42,348 bases of DNA from a virus (lineage: Duplodnaviria > Caudoviricetes): IMG/VR virus record IMGVR_UViG_3300032218_001918, positions 1 to 42,348 of that record. The stretch is one strand, 5' to 3'. A program made the position numbers and the translations under genes. Positions 27,013-34,072 of the stretch are shown in pieces. The notes below the pieces were generated by a model, which had not been told where the DNA came from, ran no database searches, and saw nothing but the letters and a program-made list of their open reading frames with translations. Each line of letters begins with the position of its first letter. Position 1 is the first letter of the stretch.

Positions 27013-27164
27013 GCTAATTCTCCTTTGGTTAGTGTTGCTATTACATACCCTGTTACGAATAGGTTGCGGTCGTTATCGCTAAGCGGTGAGGTATCACCGA
27101 ATAGCTTTGCTTCCCATTTATAAAAGGCTTCGTTTGCTTCTGCTTCTATATTGTCTTGCGTCAT
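27009..27164 (-). CDS. Small hypothetical protein (51 aa, not in track)
   Basis: MTQDNIEAEANEAFYKWE...; ATGA overlaps on both sides. Confidence 0.65.
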   Translation of the reverse strand: MTQDNIEAEANEAFYKWEAKLFGDTSPLSDNDRNLFVTGYVIATLTKGELA

Positions 27165-27826
27165 GCCAATCTCCCATCAGAATCAAAAAAGTAAGCGTTA
27201 CAGTCAAAATGGTCAAGCATCATTTCTTCGCTACATAGGTACTCGTACTCCTCTCTTAGTCGTTGGTAAATGTCTCGGGCGTAGTCCTTGCCCGACTCGG
27301 TTATTGCTTGGGTGATGCCGTCTACATCCTTGTAAGGGCAGTCGGTGTCGGTGGCGATGATGTCGAATAGGTTGGCGATAGTCATGCCGTTGAAGATAGA
27401 TGGCAACGCCATTTGATAGTCGTCTTCCATACCCGTTTCATCCCACACATCACTAAAGTTCATCGTGCTCTCATGGCAGTAGTGTGCGTTGTTAGCCTCG
27501 ACCTTACTGAATTTGCTGACAACGTCTTCCTGTATGAGCTGACACCATGCAGACAACCCGATCGAATCGGGGACATTTGTCTCCAACCATTGCCTTACAT
27601 CGACTTGCCCTGTCCAACTAGCGCCATCGCCTTGTGAGTGAAAACCTGAGAAGTAAATCTTGTCGATGTAAAAGCCTTTCTCCTTGCCGTCCTCGATAGC
27701 CATCTCGTAAGTGCCTTCCCACCACTCGTAGTCCATGCCCTCGAGGTACCACTCACGAGCTTTCTGCTTGGCGCTGTCGTCAAGTTCGTCATACTTGAAT
27801 ACTTCTACCTCAATTACCTTGCTCAT
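27161..27826 (-). CDS. Acidic hypothetical early protein
   Basis: Start MSKVIEV with GAGG RBS; D/E/Y/W-rich. Confidence 0.8.
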   Translation of the reverse strand: MSKVIEVEVFKYDELDDSAKQKAREWYLEGMDYEWWEGTYEMAIEDGKEKGFYIDKIYFSGFHSQGDGASWTGQVDVRQWLETNVPDSIGLSAWCQLIQEDVVSKFSKVEANNAHYCHESTMNFSDVWDETGMEDDYQMALPSIFNGMTIANLFDIIATDTDCPYKDVDGITQAITESGKDYARDIYQRLREEYEYLCSEEMMLDHFDCNAYFFDSDGRLA

Positions 27827-27999
27827 TTGATTACCCTCTCTTTCATAAACTCCCACAGTATTTCGTGGGTATCAGGAAACTTACCCGCTATTTCCAAAAA
27901 CCGATACGCCTCACAAGTAGCGCACCCCTCGCAATACTCCTTGCATCGGTTATCTATCTGCCGATAACCCTTGCGCTTGGTTCTCTTAAATACATTCAT
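27823..27999 (-). CDS. Small Cys-cluster protein (58 aa, not in track)
   Basis: MNVFKRTKRKGYRQIDNRCKEYCEGCATCEAY...; stop overlaps the next ATG. Confidence 0.6.
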   Translation of the reverse strand: MNVFKRTKRKGYRQIDNRCKEYCEGCATCEAYRFLEIAGKFPDTHEILWEFMKERVIK

Positions 28000-28014
28000 T
28001 CATTCATACCCCCG

Positions 28015-28740
28015 TTATTTGCTGATTGTGATTGTTGCTTCTGCTAGATAGGACTCAACTGCGTCATCAATTTTGTCGCTAACGATGTTGTCGATTCTGT
28101 CGTCAACCGCATCTGACACCGCATCATCGAAGTCGAAGTGGTAGCTAGGGTCAAAGTTATTCTCGAAGTAAGACTCAACCTCATTCTCCACAACATCTTG
28201 CACAGCATCTTTGGCTAGGTCTTCAATACCACCGCCAATCAACTCATGCCGAATCAAGTCTTTGAACCAGTCAGCTTGTTGCAGGGTTAGGCTCACGCAC
28301 TCTTGCAAGCTTTTGGATTGGTCTTCCACATTTAGGGAATTCCCCTGTTTTTCTTTGATGACCGTAGCAAGAAGCTGAAGTTGGGTGCAGATGGTGTTGA
28401 TGATGGTGTCTATGCTAGGGACATCTGTCCCCGTTGGGGTAGGCTGAGGTTCGGAGGCGTGTTGTGTAGCGTAGTCTATTGCGCTTGCGCTGATTGGGTT
28501 ATTCATGCCGTATTCCATCCATTGCTCCTTCGTTATTGCTGGTTGTGGGGGTGCGTTGTTAAGTCTTGCTTGTTGTGCCTGTTGATGGGCTAGTTCGTGG
28601 TTGGCTAAGGCTTTGCCCATATCTGTGAACATTTCGCCTAGTGATACACCACCACCTAGCTTAGCTAGTGCGTCCATTGCTTCATCCTCCTCGGGTGTGT
28701 TTGGTAATTGATTAAGGTCTTGCATTGTGAATGTGGTCAT
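28015..28740 (-). CDS. Hypothetical protein with very acidic C-terminus
   Basis: 241 aa. Confidence 0.75.
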   Translation of the reverse strand: MTTFTMQDLNQLPNTPEEDEAMDALAKLGGGVSLGEMFTDMGKALANHELAHQQAQQARLNNAPPQPAITKEQWMEYGMNNPISASAIDYATQHASEPQPTPTGTDVPSIDTIINTICTQLQLLATVIKEKQGNSLNVEDQSKSLQECVSLTLQQADWFKDLIRHELIGGGIEDLAKDAVQDVVENEVESYFENNFDPSYHFDFDDAVSDAVDDRIDNIVSDKIDDAVESYLAEATITISK

Positions 28741-28742
28741 GA

Positions 28743-28985
28743 TTAGTCGTTTCCTTGTGGGTGGTATTTATATTCAAGAATGTTTTGTATCTCGTCTAAT
28801 AGCTCTGCATCCGTCATGTTTTCAATACCTTTAAAACCATACAGATAAAAGTCATTGACTGTGTTATCCGCATAGCATCCATCATCTTGGCAGTGCATAA
28901 CAACGTCATTCAGCAACTCTTTAATCCACGCCTTGCGTGTTTTGGTGACTTCATTGGTATCAAATTTTGCGGTTATCTTACTCAT
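28743..28985 (-). CDS. Hypothetical protein
   Basis: 80 aa, coupled. Confidence 0.7.
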   Translation of the reverse strand: MSKITAKFDTNEVTKTRKAWIKELLNDVVMHCQDDGCYADNTVNDFYLYGFKGIENMTDAELLDEIQNILEYKYHPQGND

Positions 28986-29166
28986 CGTCTTCTTCCTTAA
29001 TTAGTCGTTGAATTAAAGCGCATACGGCATTTGCGTAGAACTCAAGTGGCTCACTCTCGTCTATGCGTTTACCTTTTGCGTCAAGGGTGTAGACCCTAAA
29101 ACTCCCATCGGCTACCTGATATATGGCGTAGCCACACTCAAACTGCTCGGTCTTTGCTTTCATCAC
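28978..29166 (-). CDS. Hypothetical protein
   Basis: 62 aa, coupled. Confidence 0.65.
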   Translation of the reverse strand: MMKAKTEQFECGYAIYQVADGSFRVYTLDAKGKRIDESEPLEFYANAVCALIQRLIKEEDDE

Positions 29167-29624
29167 GCTTCTCCTATCGCTTGGTTGAACTGCTCGGTTA
29201 TGTTTAACTCCAACTCCTCACTACTATGCTTGGCGCAGATGGTCAGAAAAGCACCGCCTACACCTACCTCAAGGCGTGGCACAGACCAGCCACCCCAATC
29301 GTCTGATATAGCTAGGTTGAAATGGCTGTGAAACACAATGCCCCTAGCCCCATCAAGCGCAGACAATATGCCTCGTGCCATTTTGAAAGGTAAGACTCCG
29401 CTATCCAATATCTCTACATTGACCCACTCAGGCGTGTCGCTGTATTCGCTGTTGATATACATATCCTCGGTGAACTCGACTTTCATACCACCTGACTCTT
29501 GATTGATGGTCTTCCACTCTTCGTCCCACGCTTTCTGATCTTCTTCGCTTGGGTCTACTGGTGGTTCGCTAAGCCACTCGTTCTCGCCCTTGTGTAAGTA
29601 GCGGTATTGTCTGATGTTAGGCAT
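29163..29624 (-). CDS. Acidic hypothetical protein
   Basis: 153 aa with AGGAG RBS. Confidence 0.7.
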   Translation of the reverse strand: MPNIRQYRYLHKGENEWLSEPPVDPSEEDQKAWDEEWKTINQESGGMKVEFTEDMYINSEYSDTPEWVNVEILDSGVLPFKMARGILSALDGARGIVFHSHFNLAISDDWGGWSVPRLEVGVGGAFLTICAKHSSEELELNITEQFNQAIGEA

Positions 29625-29626
29625 CT

Positions 29627-29758
29627 CTATCTCCTATCGTTTAACTCGCATAGCTTGGCTATGCACCATAACAACCCAGCGAATGTGCCAAAGGTAAGAC
29701 CAATGGCAATTAGCCAAGCACCTATCTCCATCAACCAGTAACCCCAATCAATTTCCAT
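29627..29758 (-). CDS. Small single-pass membrane protein (43 aa)
   Basis: MEIDWGYWLMEIGAWLIAIGLTFGTFAGLLWCIAK; GGAG RBS. Confidence 0.6.
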   Translation of the reverse strand: MEIDWGYWLMEIGAWLIAIGLTFGTFAGLLWCIAKLCELNDRR

Positions 29759-30002
29759 GACTGAACTCCGAGTAGCCACAGTTCTCAACAAGGTGTCGTG
29801 CCATGTCAGCGATGAGGGATTCAATCTCTTCTAGCACCTCACTACCATACTTAAACTCCCACCCTTGCAACGCACTACTTAACTCCTCGATGCGTTCAAA
29901 CTCAGCCTCGCTATCGTCTTGTGCTTCGGGTGCGGTAAGGCAATGAATGATGTTAGGTAAGTCTTCTTCTAATGCGGTTTCATACTCTGTGTAGTGACTC
30001 AT
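29748..30002 (-). CDS. Highly acidic small protein
   Basis: 84 aa, E/D-rich. Confidence 0.7.
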   Translation of the reverse strand: MSHYTEYETALEEDLPNIIHCLTAPEAQDDSEAEFERIEELSSALQGWEFKYGSEVLEEIESLIADMARHLVENCGYSEFSHGN

Positions 30003-30364
30003 ACCAACTCCTCTTCTCGTGCTAATACACCTTCAATAAACCCATTAACAAAGCTAGGCAAGCCATCATCAACGGGGTCGTGATCTTTTAGGTATAGCTT
30101 TGTAGCGTGTGCCTCTAACTCTTGGATATACTCATCGTCATACACCCAGTCGTATGTTTCCACAGGGCGAATGATGTATAGGTAGTTTGTGGTATCAACG
30201 CCATCTTGTGCAAACTTGAACTTCATGCGGTCGATCTCCGCTTTCGCTTCTTCGATATGCACAAAGCCATACTTGGCATGCACACACTTGCCAGCTAACC
30301 CACCATCAAATACATCTACTGTGAATGACTCGCCTTTCGGCACTTGTTTGAGTCTGCCTTTCAT
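29999..30364 (-). CDS. Hypothetical protein
   Basis: Start MKGRLK with AAGGAG RBS. Confidence 0.7.
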   Translation of the reverse strand: MKGRLKQVPKGESFTVDVFDGGLAGKCVHAKYGFVHIEEAKAEIDRMKFKFAQDGVDTTNYLYIIRPVETYDWVYDDEYIQELEAHATKLYLKDHDPVDDGLPSFVNGFIEGVLAREEELV

Positions 30365-30418
30365 ATTGATTCTCCTTGTAAAGTATTTACTGCAACGTGT
30401 TGGGGACAAATGTCCCCC

Positions 30419-30526
30419 TTATTTAAACAACCAAGAAACACCAGCCCTAATAAGCTGGAACCAAAAGAACAATGCAACAAGGGTGAGAAACACCCACATA
30501 TAACGATCTTCATCCATCCACTTCAT
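30419..30526 (-). CDS. Membrane micro-protein (35 aa, not in track)
   Basis: MKWMDEDRYMWVFLTLVALFFWFQLIRAGVSWLFK; AAGGAGG RBS; ATGA overlap. Confidence 0.65.
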   Translation of the reverse strand: MKWMDEDRYMWVFLTLVALFFWFQLIRAGVSWLFK

Positions 30527-30747
30527 GCTACCTCCTTGTTAAATACTTCTTTCTCTGTCCTAAACCAAAAGGCTAGGGTTTCGTGTGTGCCAGACCTATT
30601 GTCAGACGGGTCGCTACTAAACCGCAGGACATATTGATGCTCGCACTTATACATATCCGCCACTTCAAAGGCTTGAATGGGGACTTTTACGCTACCCAAG
30701 AACTTGCATTGTGGGCAGTCGTGCTCATACAACGGCTTTAAATTCAT
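30523..30747 (-). CDS. Hypothetical protein with CxxC
   Basis: 74 aa, HDCPQC. Confidence 0.65.
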   Translation of the reverse strand: MNLKPLYEHDCPQCKFLGSVKVPIQAFEVADMYKCEHQYVLRFSSDPSDNRSGTHETLAFWFRTEKEVFNKEVA

Positions 30748-31394
30748 GCTACACCTACCTTTCTTCGTTTGATTTGTGTTTCGATTTTTATATCGGTGGG
30801 GACATTTGTCCCCGATAGTGCCTTCTTCATCAGGTCTTGCCTAATTCGTTGTGCCTCTTTGTAGTTATAGCTATGCTGTTCTAGCATGGCGTGTTGTCTG
30901 TCTGTTGGGTTATCAGGTAGCTGGGTTTTGTATGAGTAGTAGCGTGTGGCATAGCGTGTGACTTGTGCTTGTAGGTTTGACTTGAGTTCGTCTTGCCAGC
31001 CTGTCTTTTTCTTTTGCCAATACTCTTTCATGACCTTGCTTCGCTTTCTTGGTAGTGCTTGTTTTCTTTCTTTTATTATGGCTTCGCCTAGCGTAGCGTG
31101 GATGTCGCCTGTCGTTATCTTGGTTCGTATCTCTTTGATGGATAGTGGTGTTCTGCGTTTGCGTTGTTGTCTGCATGATTGGCAGAGGGTTGAGTAAAGG
31201 GTGTGCCTTGTCTTTAGCGTGGGTCGTTTAAGCAGAGCTCTGCTCTGAGCAAGGGTCAGCACTCGGTGGAATTCCTTTTTTGGCTTAGTTTGCCCACAGC
31301 TTTTGCACAAAAGAAGTGATGATCGTAGTTCTTGCCCGTTATCGGGTTGTTGTGATGTGGGGACAAATGTCCCCGTTTTGTTGCTGGGTTGCAT
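30744..31394 (-). CDS. Basic zinc-finger protein next to the origin-like element
   Basis: CKSC...CQSC, K/R-rich; likely start MQPSNK. Confidence 0.65.
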   Translation of the reverse strand: MQPSNKTGTFVPTSQQPDNGQELRSSLLLCKSCGQTKPKKEFHRVLTLAQSRALLKRPTLKTRHTLYSTLCQSCRQQRKRRTPLSIKEIRTKITTGDIHATLGEAIIKERKQALPRKRSKVMKEYWQKKKTGWQDELKSNLQAQVTRYATRYYSYKTQLPDNPTDRQHAMLEQHSYNYKEAQRIRQDLMKKALSGTNVPTDIKIETQIKRRKVGVA

Positions 31395-31413
31395 GAGGGT
31401 CTTCCTAAAAATC

Positions 31414-31710
31414 TGACAATAGTCTAGCAAATAACTACAGGTGGACACATATGTGGACGCCATGAGAAGTATACAGAATAAGGAGGGAAAGGGGTAGCGA
31501 CCAAAGTGTATACGAGCTACAGAGTTTTATTAAACTTACTAAGTCTTTCAACATCTAGACTCTGTCCACTTTTTTCTCTCTTATTATTATGTATTCTAAT
31601 CTCTTTTATATATATATATAGAGGTCGCCAAGTGGACACAACTATATAACATATACCTTGGAGGGCGTCCACTATGTGTCCACCTACTATGAAATGCTAG
31701 ACTATTGTCA
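31414..31710. other. Putative replication origin: ~47-bp inverted arms around an AT-rich core
   Basis: TGACAATAGTCTAGCA-n9-AGGTGGACACATA(T)GTGGACGCC at 31414-31461, inverted at 31664-31710; (TA)7 at 31607-31620. Confidence 0.6.
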
Positions 31711-31768
31711 ACTTGGGGTTTTAACACCCCACTCCACAACAAGTTGGGGACAAGTGTCCCCGTTCTTG

Positions 31769-32005
31769 TCATATCGCCCATTTAGCACGAGAGAGTGCGA
31801 AGCGTGTGGTGATAAACCAGCCTGACTTCATGCCATCATTGGCTAGCTTGTTTGACTTCAAGAACTTGAGTGCTGACTTGTATGTAAACACCTTGTTCTT
31901 TTGGTCGTGGACTATGTAAGGTCTATCAATACGACCCTCGTCATCTTTGTGGATAACAAGCCATTCGTTCTTTGATTCGTATATAGGTTTGTTTAGTTGT
32001 TGCAT
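31769..32005 (-). CDS. Hypothetical early protein
   Basis: 78 aa with AAGGAG RBS. Confidence 0.7.
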   Translation of the reverse strand: MQQLNKPIYESKNEWLVIHKDDEGRIDRPYIVHDQKNKVFTYKSALKFLKSNKLANDGMKSGWFITTRFALSRAKWAI

Positions 32006-32142
32006 GGTGATACTCCTTTGTAGTGTTTCTGTAAGATTGCTTCAATGAGTGCTTCGGTAGTGCGTAGGTGCTTGGCAATGTATTCGGGAGAACGACCCTC
32101 GTGATACATATGGCACACCAATATGGTGTCGAACTTAGGCAT
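31993..32142 (-). CDS. Micro HTH protein (49 aa, not in track)
   Basis: YHEGRSPEYIAKHLRTTEALIEAIL; AAGGAG RBS. Confidence 0.65.
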   Translation of the reverse strand: MPKFDTILVCHMYHEGRSPEYIAKHLRTTEALIEAILQKHYKGVSPCNN

Positions 32143-32293
32143 GATTAAACTCCTTTCTTAATGGACTGCGGTTACTGAATCTGTTGAACAACCTATTGCA
32201 GAGCTTGGTGTATGGGCGTCTGCGAACCTTGCGTAGGCGGTGTGAGAACCTGCCTGTGTTGTGTGCTTTCCAGCACGATTGGATACTAAGCAT
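32135..32293 (-). CDS. Arg-rich micro-protein (52 aa, not in track)
   Basis: MLSIQSCWKAHNTGRFSHRLRKVRRRPY...; AAGGAG RBS. Confidence 0.55.
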   Translation of the reverse strand: MLSIQSCWKAHNTGRFSHRLRKVRRRPYTKLCNRLFNRFSNRSPLRKEFNHA

Positions 32294-32302
32294 ACTGACT
32301 CC

Positions 32303-32446
32303 TTATGGTTTTGCTGAAATCATTTTGAACAGGGTGCTGAGCTTGTCCCATACCTCGCCAGCTTCTTCTAGACCATACACATCAGTCTTGAGTATGAAAG
32401 CGGTTGATGGGTTTGCGTCAGGTAATACATAGAAAATAGAAAACAT
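32303..32446 (-). CDS. Micro-protein (47 aa, not in track)
   Basis: MFSIFYVLPDANPSTAF...; AAGGAG RBS. Confidence 0.6.
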   Translation of the reverse strand: MFSIFYVLPDANPSTAFILKTDVYGLEEAGEVWDKLSTLFKMISAKP

Positions 32447-32563
32447 TGTGATACTCCTTGTTGAGAACTACGGATTTGACATAAAACAGAACCGCAGAGA
32501 AGCCTCGCTTCCTCGGCTAACTCCACGAGTTCTGTCCAATGTGTTGGGGACAAATGTCCCTGA

Positions 32564-32971
32564 TTACTTGATGATGCGTAAAAAGCGTGCTTGCTCAGCC
32601 TTGGTTAATGCTTCGAACTTCTCCACAAGCGATTGCACAGCGTCAACCTGCTTGCTAACCTTGCCGTTGCCCTTCTGCTTCCTAACATTGTGATACGGGG
32701 CTACGTTGCGTTGCCATTGCTTCGTTGCGGTATCGTGTCTGCTCTCCCGATTGCACTCCTCGTCAGAGTAGAAATACCAAGAGCCCGTTGCACTCTGTTG
32801 GTAGAAAATGGTTAGCCCATATTTCTCCCCGTAAGCCTCGGCGTGAGCCTGAGCCAGCGACTCCACAACTTCTTCCGACAAGAATTTCTTCTTGCCAAGA
32901 GCCTCGGCTAAAGCGTCAGCCCATGCGAGCTTGCTTGATACGAACGACTTGTATGATGTGATTAAAGACAT
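32564..32971 (-). CDS. First early gene, hypothetical
   Basis: Start MSLITSY with GGAG RBS. Confidence 0.7.
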   Translation of the reverse strand: MSLITSYKSFVSSKLAWADALAEALGKKKFLSEEVVESLAQAHAEAYGEKYGLTIFYQQSATGSWYFYSDEECNRESRHDTATKQWQRNVAPYHNVRKQKGNGKVSKQVDAVQSLVEKFEALTKAEQARFLRIIK

Positions 32972-33057
32972 AGTGATTCTCCAAAAGAAATTGGGGACAT
33001 AAGTCCCCGTTGATAGACACACAATGATGTGCGACCGAGATGATTTCTCGATGACTA

Positions 33058-33066
33058 ATCCTACCA
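33058..33066 (-). promoter_or_regulatory. Putative extended -10 early promoter
   Basis: TG-G-TAGGAT on the minus strand upstream of the first early gene. Confidence 0.4.
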
Positions 33067-33191
33067 TTCCGTGAGCTTTTCCCGACCTTCAACACCCCAC
33101 CCGATACCCACCAACCCTAAGTGGTGTCATGTGTGCGTAGCCCGGAGATCAGTGTTCCTCAGCCACAAAATAAATTTTTGTCAAATTTTGT

Positions 33192-33297
33192 AAAAAAATT
33201 AAGGAGTCATGTCTAATATTAGACATTAGGTAGGTGGGGGCAGTAACACCAAGTATGTGAAGCCGAACGCTACCACCCCCTGCTCACGTGACGAGCA
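33192..33297 (-). ncRNA. Candidate sRNA 2
   Basis: TATACT at 33303-33308, three hairpins (one G:U-rich), CUCCUU, then U7. Confidence 0.45.
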
Positions 33298-33311
33298 TAC
33301 CCAGTATAAAG

Positions 33312-33339
33312 AAAAAAACCCCCACGGGTTAGGTGGGGG
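33312..33339 (-). terminator. Rho-independent terminator
   Basis: CCCCCAC-n7-GTGGGGG-TTTTTTT on the minus strand. Confidence 0.8.
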
Positions 33340-33406
33340 CCAAGGAGGATGTCTAATCCGTCAAACAAGGAGCCAACGCCCAAACGAAGGAGTGAAAAGC
33401 GTTGAC
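33312..33406 (-). ncRNA. Candidate sRNA 1 with three anti-SD motifs
   Basis: TATACT at 33413-33418, two G:U-containing hairpins, three CUCCUU motifs, intrinsic terminator. Confidence 0.6.
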
Positions 33407-33490
33407 AGAGAAAGTATACACAAAAACAAAAAAACCTAGTAGAATCAAATCCAATCGTGAGCACCACACGCAACCAAAGGGGAATAGTAG

Positions 33491-34072
33491 TTGTTTTTAG
33501 AACACTTAGTCACAGCATCCGCAGCAGATTTTGTACCGGAACTTAATTCCGGCAGTGACTTTGACCCCCTAGAAAACCTCACACCCGCTCAAACCCTGAG
33601 CTCTCAACACAAAACATCACAATGGCTGAGCCAGTTTGATGAAGAAGACGAAGCGGTTTTAAATAAAACCCAAGAAGAGAAAGTAGCTGATACTTTCAAT
33701 GCCTTAGTAAAAAACGACCCCAACGCAAAAAACAAATTATTACAACTAGACCTACCCGAAGAGATAAAAAGTGCGGTGGGAATGGTCACTGCCTACCAGT
33801 GGAAGTTTGTTGAGCAGGCGGAAAACCTCAGAAGCATGGCAGTAACGCATATTGTCAAAGAAGTTAGCCACCCCGACGCTCGTATAAGGCTTAAGGCACT
33901 GGAAATGCTGGGCAAGGTTACAGAGGTTGCGTTGTTTACAGACAGGATTGCCGTAAAGAGTGAGGATGTTAGTGACGAAGAGCTCGATGCCCGCATCAAA
34001 GAGAAGCTGGGCAAGTACATGGGCGTGGTTGACGTGGTGGATGCGGAAGAAATCCCGCACAAAAGCGAATGA
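33491..34072 (+). CDS. Putative terminase small subunit
   Basis: Directly upstream of and overlapping TerL; RLKALEMLGK motif; TAGAAT -10-like box at 33440-33445. Confidence 0.6.
   Translation: MFLEHLVTASAADFVPELNSGSDFDPLENLTPAQTLSSQHKTSQWLSQFDEEDEAVLNKTQEEKVADTFNALVKNDPNAKNKLLQLDLPEEIKSAVGMVTAYQWKFVEQAENLRSMAVTHIVKEVSHPDARIRLKALEMLGKVTEVALFTDRIAVKSEDVSDEELDARIKEKLGKYMGVVDVVDAEEIPHKSE

Larger units (their letters stand above)
27569..33008. repeat. Dispersed 16-bp palindrome GGGGACAnnTGTCCCC, 8 copies
   Basis: Copies start at 27569, 28417, 30402, 30798, 31359, 31746, 32546 and 32993, each with at most 1 arm mismatch. Confidence 0.9.

Noticed and set aside
31414-31710. IS element or MITE
   Set aside because: No transposase in the window and no evident target-site duplication; iteron-like boxes and AT core fit an origin better, though not excluded
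27569-33008. Palindromic repeats as a CRISPR array
   Set aside because: Spacing is irregular (about 390-1990 bp) and copies lie inside genes
33349-33405. Plus-strand 18-aa ORF MSNPSNKEPTPKRRSEKR
   Set aside because: AAGGAGG abuts the ATG with no spacing; G:U pairs and terminator polarity favour a minus-strand RNA
33402-33430. TTGACA as the -35 of a late promoter
   Set aside because: No -10 box at 16-18 bp spacing
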